Below are positions 57,101-64,000 of a stretch of DNA of 64,000 bases, piece by piece. The notes under the pieces were generated by a model that was not told where the DNA came from, did not search any database, and saw nothing but the letters and a program-made list of their open reading frames with translations. Position numbers and translations under genes: made by a program. Source of the DNA: a virus; IMG/VR virus record IMGVR_UViG_3300043449_000987, positions 1 to 64,000 of that record. One strand, given 5' to 3'. Position 1 is the first letter of the stretch, and each line of letters starts with the position of its first letter.

Positions 57101-57457
57101 GAAGTAACCTTCTGTCCATGCAATCTCATTAATTTTGTTAAGGTTCTCTAGACCAATTTGGTTCTTGGCGAGAAGAACTATATGGTTGTAGACTAGATCT
57201 AGATCTCCATCTCTTTCAGACTTATCTCTAGTATCAAATCTATCTTGACACATATAGCCTTCTACACCAAGTATAGGCTTAATACCCTTCGCTTTTGCAA
57301 TACGGTGCAGTTCCCTATGCCCAGATAAAGTACCGTGGTCAGTGATGGCAATTGCTGGCATCCCCAACGCAACTGCACGGTCGATGTATTCTTCTGGAGT
57401 AGCGATCCCGTCAAACAGGGAATAGTGGGTATGTACGTGTAAGCCTACGTAAGACAT
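54185..57457 (-). CDS. dnaE: DNA polymerase III alpha subunit
   Basis: PHP HVHT.YS.DG and TDHG; GRGSAAGS; PDIDTD; FNKSH; OB folds. Confidence 0.97.
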   Translation of the reverse strand: MSYVGLHVHTHYSLFDGIATPEEYIDRAVALGMPAIAITDHGTLSGHRELHRIAKAKGIKPILGVEGYMCQDRFDTRDKSERDGDLDLVYNHIVLLAKNQIGLENLNKINEIAWTEGYFKKPRFDFEILEKYSEGIIVTSACPSSVLVKALENNEFAVAKKHIEWFKRVFNDDYYIEVMPHNQAEINKQLIQLADEFGVQVVVTPDCHHSSVDQKEIQEFKLLLNTHVKIDKEHTFEKSKKFDNMMDRLDYLYGHDRQITFNEFDIHLLSYEEMKSAMEAQGIDRPDIYSNTLSIAEKVMDYGIQEGLDLLPVQYKHPDKELKELALEGLKERGLADNQEYLDRLDEELKVIKDKKFGPYFLVVRNMITWAKKEGIMVGPGRGSAAGSLLCYALKITDIDPIKHKLLFFRFINPERNDFPDIDTDIQDSRREEVKDYLVRQYRHVASIATFLSFKDKGVVRDVARVLNIPLTDVNKVLKLVDTWDEFCTSKTTREFREKYPEVEIYGEQLRGRIRGTGIHAAGVVTSKDPIFRYAPMETRSATGSDERIPVVAVDMEEAEKIGLIKIDALGLKTLSVVKDALDIIKERDGKTIDPLSIPMDDANVYQMLSDGYTKGVFQCEAAPYTNLLVKMGVKNLSELAASNALVRPGAMNTIGKDYIERKHGRQNIGYTHQILKEFTEDTYGCILYQEQVMQACVYLGGMSMSEADKVRKIIGKKKDAKEFDVYQEQFIKGASAYISPNTARDLWHDFEAHAGYSFNKSHAVAYSTLSYWTAWLKYHYPLEFMYSLLKNEKDKDARTEYLIEAKRMGISIKLPHINDSDIDFKIEGKGIRFGLSAIKFISDKVGERYISARPFNSYKELEEFTFTKGNGVNSRALQALRVIGAATFADNPRNEQEIKENLYEYLNLPEFNITVPSHYHAFISPIEDYEEKGSFILMGMVKSIKRAKGWSRVEVLDKTGSVGIFDDEQTTIEAGVSYIILANDNRILSAVPVDSIKTSSAGVVKFLNYKQLPYKDDEMFVVSFKPRITKAGKKMASLTVADTARDLHSITVFPTAFAKAYMKIEEGHAYKFELGKTKDGTVILEDINA

Positions 57458-57460
57458 CTA

Positions 57461-58114
57461 TTACCAGTCAATATTTGTGCTGGTAACAGAAGGTGTGTCA
57501 AATCCAAAGTAGAATGCTTCTTGCTCTGGATATGGAACCTCACGAACAACCTTTTCTAGGTTGAATGATTCAAATCCATCCCACTTAAATGGTTCTGAAT
57601 CTGGCTTTGATGGCAGAAGTGTGTAATTAGTTTCAGTTCCCTGACCATTACGCTTTAACTTCCACTCAAGATTTGAGATGCTACCTGTATCAAGTGCATA
57701 CTCACGGATATTATTAAATGCTGATTGCTTGCTGATGCCTTGTGACCAAACAGCAATGTATGGATCTTCTAGTCCATCATCAACAAGAACGTTGCAATAG
57801 AAACGAAGTCTTGCTCTCCAACCAGACTTTGGCTCCTTACGTGCCATCTCACAACCAAAACAGCGTCCTTCTGATTCCATTGTGCAAGCAGCCTTGCGCT
57901 TATAATCTTTTGGATTTGTGTGTTCTGATACTACAACAGATAGTCCACGACTTTCTGCATAGTTTGCTGAGTCAGAATCTAGTTCTTCAACAAAACGAAC
58001 CTTTGCTGACTGACCATCCGCTAGTTTGACCCAGCGAACCTTTTGTCCTGTACTTTCATATTTTGGCTTTTCGAGTAGGGCGTTTATATCTTTTAATCCC
58101 TTAATTACACTCAT
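57461..58114 (-). CDS. Single-stranded DNA-binding protein (gp32-like, zinc)
   Basis: H..C..C.GC, KRNG.GT.T.Y, acidic/aromatic tail; between primase and polymerase. Confidence 0.7.
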   Translation of the reverse strand: MSVIKGLKDINALLEKPKYESTGQKVRWVKLADGQSAKVRFVEELDSDSANYAESRGLSVVVSEHTNPKDYKRKAACTMESEGRCFGCEMARKEPKSGWRARLRFYCNVLVDDGLEDPYIAVWSQGISKQSAFNNIREYALDTGSISNLEWKLKRNGQGTETNYTLLPSKPDSEPFKWDGFESFNLEKVVREVPYPEQEAFYFGFDTPSVTSTNIDW

Positions 58115-58138
58115 TGTTTCTCCTTTATGTTGTTTATA

Positions 58139-59083
58139 TTATTTTAGCATAGACTGTATTGATTTGTCAAATTGGAATTCAAGTGCTTTGATAGACTCGT
58201 CATCCATATCTCCAATGTCTTTATATTGCTTATTCAATTGTATCACAGAGACACGAGAGCCAAGTTTTTCAATTATCTTATCTTTCATGTTTCCGCCTGC
58301 CTCATCATTATCGGCAATAACAATTATGTTATTGAAATATTTTTGAAGCAATTCTATTTGTGTATTAGATACATTAGATCCAAGTGTTGCAACTGCTGGA
58401 AAACCAACCTGATCCAGTCTAATTGCATCAAATGACGATTCCACTACATACACCCTATCTGCTGTTTTTACTCTATTTAAATTAAACAGTGTTTTGGCTT
58501 TTGGAAGCCCTGGAGTATTCTTGAACTCTTTTCCTTCTACAGATCTTCCTACAAATCCAACTGGCATTCCATCTGGACTATGAACTGGAACAGTAACCAT
58601 ATCTTGTTTTTCAGAATACCCTAAAGAAAATTTTGCCCATGAAAGAGTATTAATCTTTCTATAATTAAAATAATTTTTTGCACGTTCTGATATAAGTAAA
58701 TTATTATATAAACGCTTTAATATTAATTCGTCAAACTGGACAAACTCTGGCTTTTGTACTAACTTCTGATTAATGTCACGCTCTAGGTCCTGCTCTGTTT
58801 CTTTGCTTTTAATAAATCTAATTGATTCAAAATATGTTCTGCCAGTCATATGCATTACAAACTCGATAAGATCAGCAATTTTGTGACAAGCAAAACAAAA
58901 AAATGTTCCATTTGTTTTATCAATTTCGCCTGCTGGCGTTCTGTTATTATTGTGAAATGGACAAAAGATTATATAGTCGGAGTCTACCTCAGACTCAACT
59001 GTTACACCTGCTCCTGAGAGTACTCTTTTGATTTGCTCTTTTGTATATAGATTGGCTTGTTTACGTCTATCCCTAAGATCCAT
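58139..59083 (-). CDS. dnaG: DNA primase (CHC2 zinc finger + TOPRIM)
   Basis: CPFH, CFAC, VVES.FD, DND.AG. Confidence 0.92.
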   Translation of the reverse strand: MDLRDRRKQANLYTKEQIKRVLSGAGVTVESEVDSDYIIFCPFHNNNRTPAGEIDKTNGTFFCFACHKIADLIEFVMHMTGRTYFESIRFIKSKETEQDLERDINQKLVQKPEFVQFDELILKRLYNNLLISERAKNYFNYRKINTLSWAKFSLGYSEKQDMVTVPVHSPDGMPVGFVGRSVEGKEFKNTPGLPKAKTLFNLNRVKTADRVYVVESSFDAIRLDQVGFPAVATLGSNVSNTQIELLQKYFNNIIVIADNDEAGGNMKDKIIEKLGSRVSVIQLNKQYKDIGDMDDESIKALEFQFDKSIQSMLK

Positions 59084-59328
59084 TCACTTTTCCTCTTCCC
59101 TGCGTATACTCCATGTACTGATATTTCAAACTCAAAATACTGCTTCTTTTCATTATAGTCTATCGTAAAATCTGGGTCAATGTCAATTCTTGGCACATAT
59201 CCACAATTCCGCATTTCTGAAATGAGTAGGCGTGTATACTCATTTTTGAGTCTACCAAGCGCAGATTCATCATGTATTACCCCGTCCAAACGGAATATCT
59301 TAATGGGCTTGTGGTGAAAATTTTCCAT
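59002..59328 (-). CDS. Hypothetical protein
   Basis: GYVP..D.D; leaderless TATAAT promoter. Confidence 0.65.
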   Translation of the reverse strand: MENFHHKPIKIFRLDGVIHDESALGRLKNEYTRLLISEMRNCGYVPRIDIDPDFTIDYNEKKQYFEFEISVHGVYAGKRKSEWILGIDVNKPIYIQKSKSKEYSQEQV

Positions 59329-59340
59329 GCCATATTATAA

Positions 59341-60561
59341 CTACTTATCTTCAAAGTCTTTATAACGGTAATAACCCTTGTCAAAATCAACCTGAACTAA
59401 AAAATCACCCATAAACCCGTTACGGTTTTTTCTAAAAGCACACTCAATAACATCACTATTCTGGCTTCGTCCAAGAGCAATAACCCAGTCTGCATCGTAG
59501 GCAATTTGTCTAGACCAAGCAGTTTGCCCTAATGTTGGAACAGTAGACAGATCATTAACATCATCAGGTGTTGCAGATGAAATTGCAATAATTGGCACTT
59601 CTTCACCAATAGCCATAAGTTTAAGTTCTCGTGAAAGGTTCTTCATTCGTACCGTTTCATTATCTGACTTTTGATTAGGAGCCATTAACTGCAAGTAGTC
59701 AACGATTACAAAGTCTGGCTTATATTGGTCAATCTTTCCACGAAGAACTGATGGGTTAATTTCTCCACCCTGATCATTAGATATAATATGAAACTCTGGT
59801 TTTCCTGCAAGATGCTTGGCATGCCACATTTTCAAAGTATCTAATTCAACTTCACCATTAGATAATTTTCTATGTGACCATAGACCCTCACCCATAATTG
59901 TAAAGACACGATTTCTAACTTCTGTTTCAGACATTTCTAATGAAATAATTAATGGCGACTTTCCCTGCTTCCATGCTTGAACAGCAAAATAAAGCGCCAT
60001 CCAAGACTTACCAATTCCAGGATATGCAAGGAAGACTCCAAGTTGTCCTGGCATAATTCCTGCTGGTAAGTAATTATCAAACCCTGGTAGGTTTGTTTTA
60101 ATTCCAACTTTGCCAAGTGCCTGTTGTTCTTTTACTGACTCAAAGTAGGCAACTGCAGACTCTAAGTCTGTTACATCAATATCCCTGATTGCAGAAGTAT
60201 TCTTTTTTAATTCAGATGTTTGTGTGATTAAAACTTCTAGCGCTTGGTTTCCATTGCCCTGTTGTACTTCTGTAGCAGCAGATCTAAGAATATCCTTTAA
60301 ACTGTCTGTTAAATATTCTGTCTGCAATTCTTCTAGATGGTGCTTTGTTGCTCCAATACCATCAATAGGCTGAAAGTCTCTAAACTTTTCAACAACCAAT
60401 GATGTTGGTGGAACTGAACTATTGTGCTCAAAATAATTTCTAATAAATTGCCACACGTCATTATGGGTTCTTAATAAATTATCGACGTTAGCCTGAAGAA
60501 GTACATGAACCTGCTTGTCTGTTAGTACGGCAGAAATTAGTTTTGCTTCTGTGTTATTCAC
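59341..60561 (-). CDS. dnaB: DnaB-like replicative helicase
   Basis: PGIGKS, SLEM, VDYLQL, DAD, KNRNG. Confidence 0.95.
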   Translation of the reverse strand: MNNTEAKLISAVLTDKQVHVLLQANVDNLLRTHNDVWQFIRNYFEHNSSVPPTSLVVEKFRDFQPIDGIGATKHHLEELQTEYLTDSLKDILRSAATEVQQGNGNQALEVLITQTSELKKNTSAIRDIDVTDLESAVAYFESVKEQQALGKVGIKTNLPGFDNYLPAGIMPGQLGVFLAYPGIGKSWMALYFAVQAWKQGKSPLIISLEMSETEVRNRVFTIMGEGLWSHRKLSNGEVELDTLKMWHAKHLAGKPEFHIISNDQGGEINPSVLRGKIDQYKPDFVIVDYLQLMAPNQKSDNETVRMKNLSRELKLMAIGEEVPIIAISSATPDDVNDLSTVPTLGQTAWSRQIAYDADWVIALGRSQNSDVIECAFRKNRNGFMGDFLVQVDFDKGYYRYKDFEDK

Positions 60562-60862
60562 TTAGCCACTTCCTTGCCATTTTTCTTCTTTCTGCTCTTT
60601 CAGAGTCGTCTTTTTCTTTTTCTAATTTTGCTTGTAATATTTTTTCTGTATTGTACGCAAAGTAATTCCAACTAGGAGACTGAGCGACATTAAAATAATA
60701 ACTAAGTAGATCATAGCAAACTCCTATTCCATACGATTCAATGAGTGCATCTGCTGCCCATTGTTCTACGTTTAAGTTTAAAGATGGCTTAATCTCATAC
60801 TTACTAGTATGGTGCTTGCTATAACGACTGAGCAAAGCCATTCGGTCTTTGCGTTCTGCCAT
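60554..60862 (-). CDS. Hypothetical protein in the replication block
   Basis: Translationally coupled to dnaB. Confidence 0.65.
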   Translation of the reverse strand: MAERKDRMALLSRYSKHHTSKYEIKPSLNLNVEQWAADALIESYGIGVCYDLLSYYFNVAQSPSWNYFAYNTEKILQAKLEKEKDDSERAERRKMARKWLSE

Positions 60863-61071
60863 TATCCTTCTGCAGCCTCCGCTTGAGCCTCTTTAATCTT
60901 TTCCGTTAGTTTATCTTCAACAAACTTATAAACACGCTCAAAAGCCTGGTCAGTGTTTTCGCCATCTCTCTTGTTGTCTACAACACCAAGGTCTAGTCTA
61001 AGAGATTGGAAATTTCCAAGATTAAGCGTATAGCCTAAAGTAACAGATACTTTAGTTTCTTCCATGTTCAT
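60862..61071 (-). CDS. Phage hypothetical protein
   Basis: GYTLNLGNFQSLR.D. Confidence 0.7.
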   Translation of the reverse strand: MNMEETKVSVTLGYTLNLGNFQSLRLDLGVVDNKRDGENTDQAFERVYKFVEDKLTEKIKEAQAEAAEG

Positions 61072-61080
61072 ACCCCTTTG

Positions 61081-61623
61081 TTATATAGATTCGTTCCAAA
61101 TTGGAACAAACCGTCCATCTTCTGTCTTCGTATATGTAAGTATACCATCACCCATACGACGTGTCAACTCAGCCTTTGTGGGTGTAATATCATTTGTTAT
61201 TAAATTATCTTTTCTTGGTCTACCAATATGGTATGTAGCAAGTATATCACGAATCTCTCTTACTTGCGACTCAGAGTAGTATGATCTTACTTGAAAACCT
61301 CTAGCCCCACCCTTTTGCGATCCTGTGGGAAATGGAATGACTCCTCGTTTCATTAATGATGGCATATACTTTTTATGTCTATTCACTAATTCCGCAGTTT
61401 CTCCAACAGTGTATGCACGTTCTCTTTTATTTTTAAAATCACTAATTAAACAACTTTCAATTCTATCTTGAGTAATATTATAAACAGACATTATGCCATT
61501 TGATTTATTAAAGTGATGAACTCTAACTAAATCATTATTCAAAAACCAAACCTTTTTATTTCCAGGAATTACAGGTTTGAGATTGTAGCCTTCGCTCTCT
61601 GTTGTTCCTTTTTTAGTAGCCAT
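61081..61623 (-). CDS. MerR-like HTH regulator
   Basis: YTVGETA.L......GVIP....R.YYS. Confidence 0.7.
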   Translation of the reverse strand: MATKKGTTESEGYNLKPVIPGNKKVWFLNNDLVRVHHFNKSNGIMSVYNITQDRIESCLISDFKNKRERAYTVGETAELVNRHKKYMPSLMKRGVIPFPTGSQKGGARGFQVRSYYSESQVREIRDILATYHIGRPRKDNLITNDITPTKAELTRRMGDGILTYTKTEDGRFVPIWNESI

Positions 61624-61763
61624 AGTCCCTCTTGTGAGTCTTGCGGTGGATGAAAGAATCTTCTTGATCCACAATAAAGGCAATATGCCTCAAGATGATC
61701 TGGTTTTGTATATTGCCGATCAACAAACATTCTTCGTGTACATTTTAAACAATTTATTGTCAA
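61569..61763 (-). CDS. Zinc-ribbon protein
   Basis: CLKC..CLYCG. Confidence 0.6.
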   Translation of the reverse strand: MTINCLKCTRRMFVDRQYTKPDHLEAYCLYCGSRRFFHPPQDSQEGLWLLKKEQQRAKATISNL

Positions 61764-62203
61764 TTAGGTATTCCAATTACGATTATGTTAACTGCTACAG
61801 AAAGATCTCCAGTAGAATTAAATCTTACAACTCCTTCAACTTTTGAAGTAGTAACAGTTTTTAAAATAACAGAAACATTTTTACCTGCGTCTGTACCACC
61901 AACGTTAATAGGTGTAACTGTTGCAATTGGGGCATACTTAAAATCTGTTGGAAAGTCATAAGAGAAAGACACTTCATTGCCAGCACTCTTAGTTGCACTA
62001 TTTACTACATCAATATATCCGCCAAGAATTCTGGCTTCAGATGCCTTAACACTTTGCTTTCCTGTATTTGGCGTATCAATAGTAACATATTTATAGTTTG
62101 ATGGTGAAACTTGCGACGCAAGGTCATTTAAAGCCTTTGCTAGTTGAGAAATATAGGACACATCTAGGGGTTGTCCTCTGTCGGGTAGTGGTACTTTAGC
62201 CAT
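61760..62203 (-). CDS. Tail-fibre-associated protein (gp53-like C-terminus)
   Basis: F...F...P.....V..I.IG pattern. Confidence 0.55.
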   Translation of the reverse strand: MAKVPLPDRGQPLDVSYISQLAKALNDLASQVSPSNYKYVTIDTPNTGKQSVKASEARILGGYIDVVNSATKSAGNEVSFSYDFPTDFKYAPIATVTPINVGGTDAGKNVSVILKTVTTSKVEGVVRFNSTGDLSVAVNIIVIGIPN

Positions 62204-62218
62204 ATATCAATTATACCA

Positions 62219-62647
62219 TTAAACGTTCGTAAGTGGGATCTCAAATAAGGTGGCGCCAGCAAATCTCTGTTTAGGAAATGTTGGTACCTGAACGGCAACT
62301 TGAATATGGTCATGTCCAGTTGTTAACGCTGCATATGATGTAGTTGCAACCGTTGTTATATAATTCCATGCTGCATTATCCCATTTGACATAAATATCAT
62401 ATTCTGTAACATCTTTAACATTTTCCCATACAACTGTTGCAGTGTGATGAGGATTATCAACATTGATTGAATAGTTAATTGGTGCTTGAGATGCAGCAGA
62501 AAGTTTGTATTGTGGTGACCAGTGAGATGTTCTATTTTTATCTTCTGACACAATTCTATATCTGACAATATATTTTTGTTCTGTACCAAAATATGATGGC
62601 AAAGATGCTTTTGGTATAATTACCTTTTGAATTCCAGCATCTGCCAT
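62219..62647 (-). CDS. FN3-like structural protein
   Basis: VRYRIVS...RTSHWSP; W....YDIY. Confidence 0.55.
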   Translation of the reverse strand: MADAGIQKVIIPKASLPSYFGTEQKYIVRYRIVSEDKNRTSHWSPQYKLSAASQAPINYSINVDNPHHTATVVWENVKDVTEYDIYVKWDNAAWNYITTVATTSYAALTTGHDHIQVAVQVPTFPKQRFAGATLFEIPLTNV

Positions 62648-63768
62648 TACTGCACATCCATAGCAAATCTAAATTCAATATAGTTTGTTGTGTTTGCTGG
62701 CTTAACAATTGTTTCAGCATTATGACTTTTAATTACCGAATACCCAGTCATTCCATACAAAGGACTTGATGTTCCTTTATTTTCAAATCTGATTGCATCT
62801 AAACAAACATAAAAATCTTCTGAAGGAACTCCATTATTAATAACAGACGCATAAATTTTAACAACGTCAATACTCTTCCAAGTAAATCCACTACTTTTAA
62901 TTAATTCTTGAAGTTGTTTTGTTTCAACAAAATATCGATTTGTAGAAAAATTATAATCTTCTGCATTTAAGATAACCTCAAATTTTGCATACTCTCCAGT
63001 ATTAACAAGATCAGTAGAGGCAAACTCAAGAAGAATTCTTACCTCGTCTGGAGTTGCGCTAGACCCACCATCTTTGTTGGCAATGGAAAATGCAAACTTT
63101 AACTCATCTATTGCAGAATTTTTATTAAAATCTAGGGTGGCTCCAGTTAAATGTATATGCTCTGAATTCGCACCAACCTCTAAATGATTTGATCCATCTA
63201 GAGTTAAGTTAGCAGAATTGCCAGCAAGCATAACGGTATTGTTAAAAAACCTACATCTTTCATATCTGACAAGTCTGTTTGTATTAGTAAAAATTCTATT
63301 ATCAGCATTTGTTTGAAAAACAGAATATGGCTGATCTATCACATTGTCATCGAGTTCGCTGTCAAGCGGTGTATATATGATTGGAATTGCAGTAGCAACT
63401 GTTGATGTGTGGTGTTCCCAATTTTCATCTTGTGTAAAAGCATACAGTGTTTTGCTGTCATACGCCCCTGCTGCTGGATTTGATCCTGCTGAATAAATAC
63501 CAATTTCTGAAATCTCGTACCGCTCTTCTGATGGCAATTCTGCTGTCAAAACAATTTTTGAAACATTGTTTTCCTTAACATACCCACGAGAAGTAATTGG
63601 TACACGAAACATCTCAAAATCCAAACTATCCTTCAGAGAATAATCTCCAAGCACAGAGTCAGTATTTACTGGCTTTGCACCGCAACCAACGGCAATATAT
63701 GACGCATAGGCTGGTGCTTGACCAATTAAATATTTTGCAAGTATATTTTTTCCATCATTAGTTATCAT
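62647..63768 (-). CDS. Tail/baseplate structural protein
   Basis: MITN.GK..LAKYL...IAVG.G, I.EIG.Y. Confidence 0.65.
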   Translation of the reverse strand: MITNDGKNILAKYLIGQAPAYASYIAVGCGAKPVNTDSVLGDYSLKDSLDFEMFRVPITSRGYVKENNVSKIVLTAELPSEERYEISEIGIYSAGSNPAAGAYDSKTLYAFTQDENWEHHTSTVATAIPIIYTPLDSELDDNVIDQPYSVFQTNADNRIFTNTNRLVRYERCRFFNNTVMLAGNSANLTLDGSNHLEVGANSEHIHLTGATLDFNKNSAIDELKFAFSIANKDGGSSATPDEVRILLEFASTDLVNTGEYAKFEVILNAEDYNFSTNRYFVETKQLQELIKSSGFTWKSIDVVKIYASVINNGVPSEDFYVCLDAIRFENKGTSSPLYGMTGYSVIKSHNAETIVKPANTTNYIEFRFAMDVQ

Positions 63769-64000
63769 TAATTTTCCACCTCATATATTGTATCATTAAA
63801 AATAGATCCACCATTAAGAATTTCTACTTCAACTTGCTCATCATCAGCAAGATTAATAACATTAATAATGATATTTCCAGTATCAGTATCTATATAAACA
63901 ATCTCACCAAATGGTCCAGTTCCCTCAGTTGGGATTTTATCCTCCAACTTTATAGGAAACTTTTTAAAATATTCATTTGATGTATTCTGTAGTCCTAAAA
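63768..64000 (-). CDS. Structural protein, 3' part (truncated)
   Basis: Open frame ending in a TAA that overlaps the next ATG. Confidence 0.5.
   Translation of the reverse strand, partial: LGLQNTSNEYFKKFPIKLEDKIPTEGTGPFGEIVYIDTDTGNIIINVINLADDEQVEVEILNGGSIFNDTIYEVEN

Noticed and set aside
45826-60561. Inteins or introns in terL, recA, dnaE or dnaB
   Set aside because: Lengths are normal, ORFs are uninterrupted and no splicing or LAGLIDADG motifs were seen
1-64000. Alternative genetic code or stop-codon reassignment
   Set aside because: Core genes are full length in code 11 and no suppressor tRNA was found
1-64000. Bacterial chromosome or integrated prophage
   Set aside because: No housekeeping operons, integrase or att site; phage-type gene organisation runs across the whole window

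Overview
A 64 kb segment of a large, AT-rich tailed dsDNA phage (about one-third GC by eye) that probably infects Actinobacteria, most likely small freshwater ones. The host clues are WhiB, an FmdB zinc ribbon, many leaderless TGnTATAAT promoters and a DnaE-RecA-Cas4-RuvC replication set. The minus strand from ~45.8 to 64 kb holds the core genes: terminase, RuvC, Cas4-like nuclease, RecA, DnaE, SSB, primase, DnaB, a MerR-like regulator and tail genes. The ~14-45 kb accessory region carries most of the 11 2OG-Fe(II) oxygenase genes, a carbamoyltransferase, glycosyl-, methyl- and sulfotransferases, an APS kinase-nucleotidyltransferase fusion, an RsmI-like protein, Hsp20, a CHAP endolysin and secreted proteins. 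The window holds seven tRNA genes in total. The ~2.7-13.7 kb early-type region of tiny genes has a dense intergenic grammar: (i) six copies of a covarying ~28-32 nt H-type RNA pseudoknot, mostly just after stop codons; (ii) 13 CRP/GlxR-type TGTGA-N6-TCACA boxes; (iii) GACAC-containing, ATGTCCG and CTCGG motifs next to strong promoters. A candidate origin with DnaA boxes and iteron-like repeats lies at ~14.5-15.2 kb, and candidate structured ncRNAs lie at ~8.9 kb and ~24.5 kb. All product calls come from motif recognition; no database search was run.
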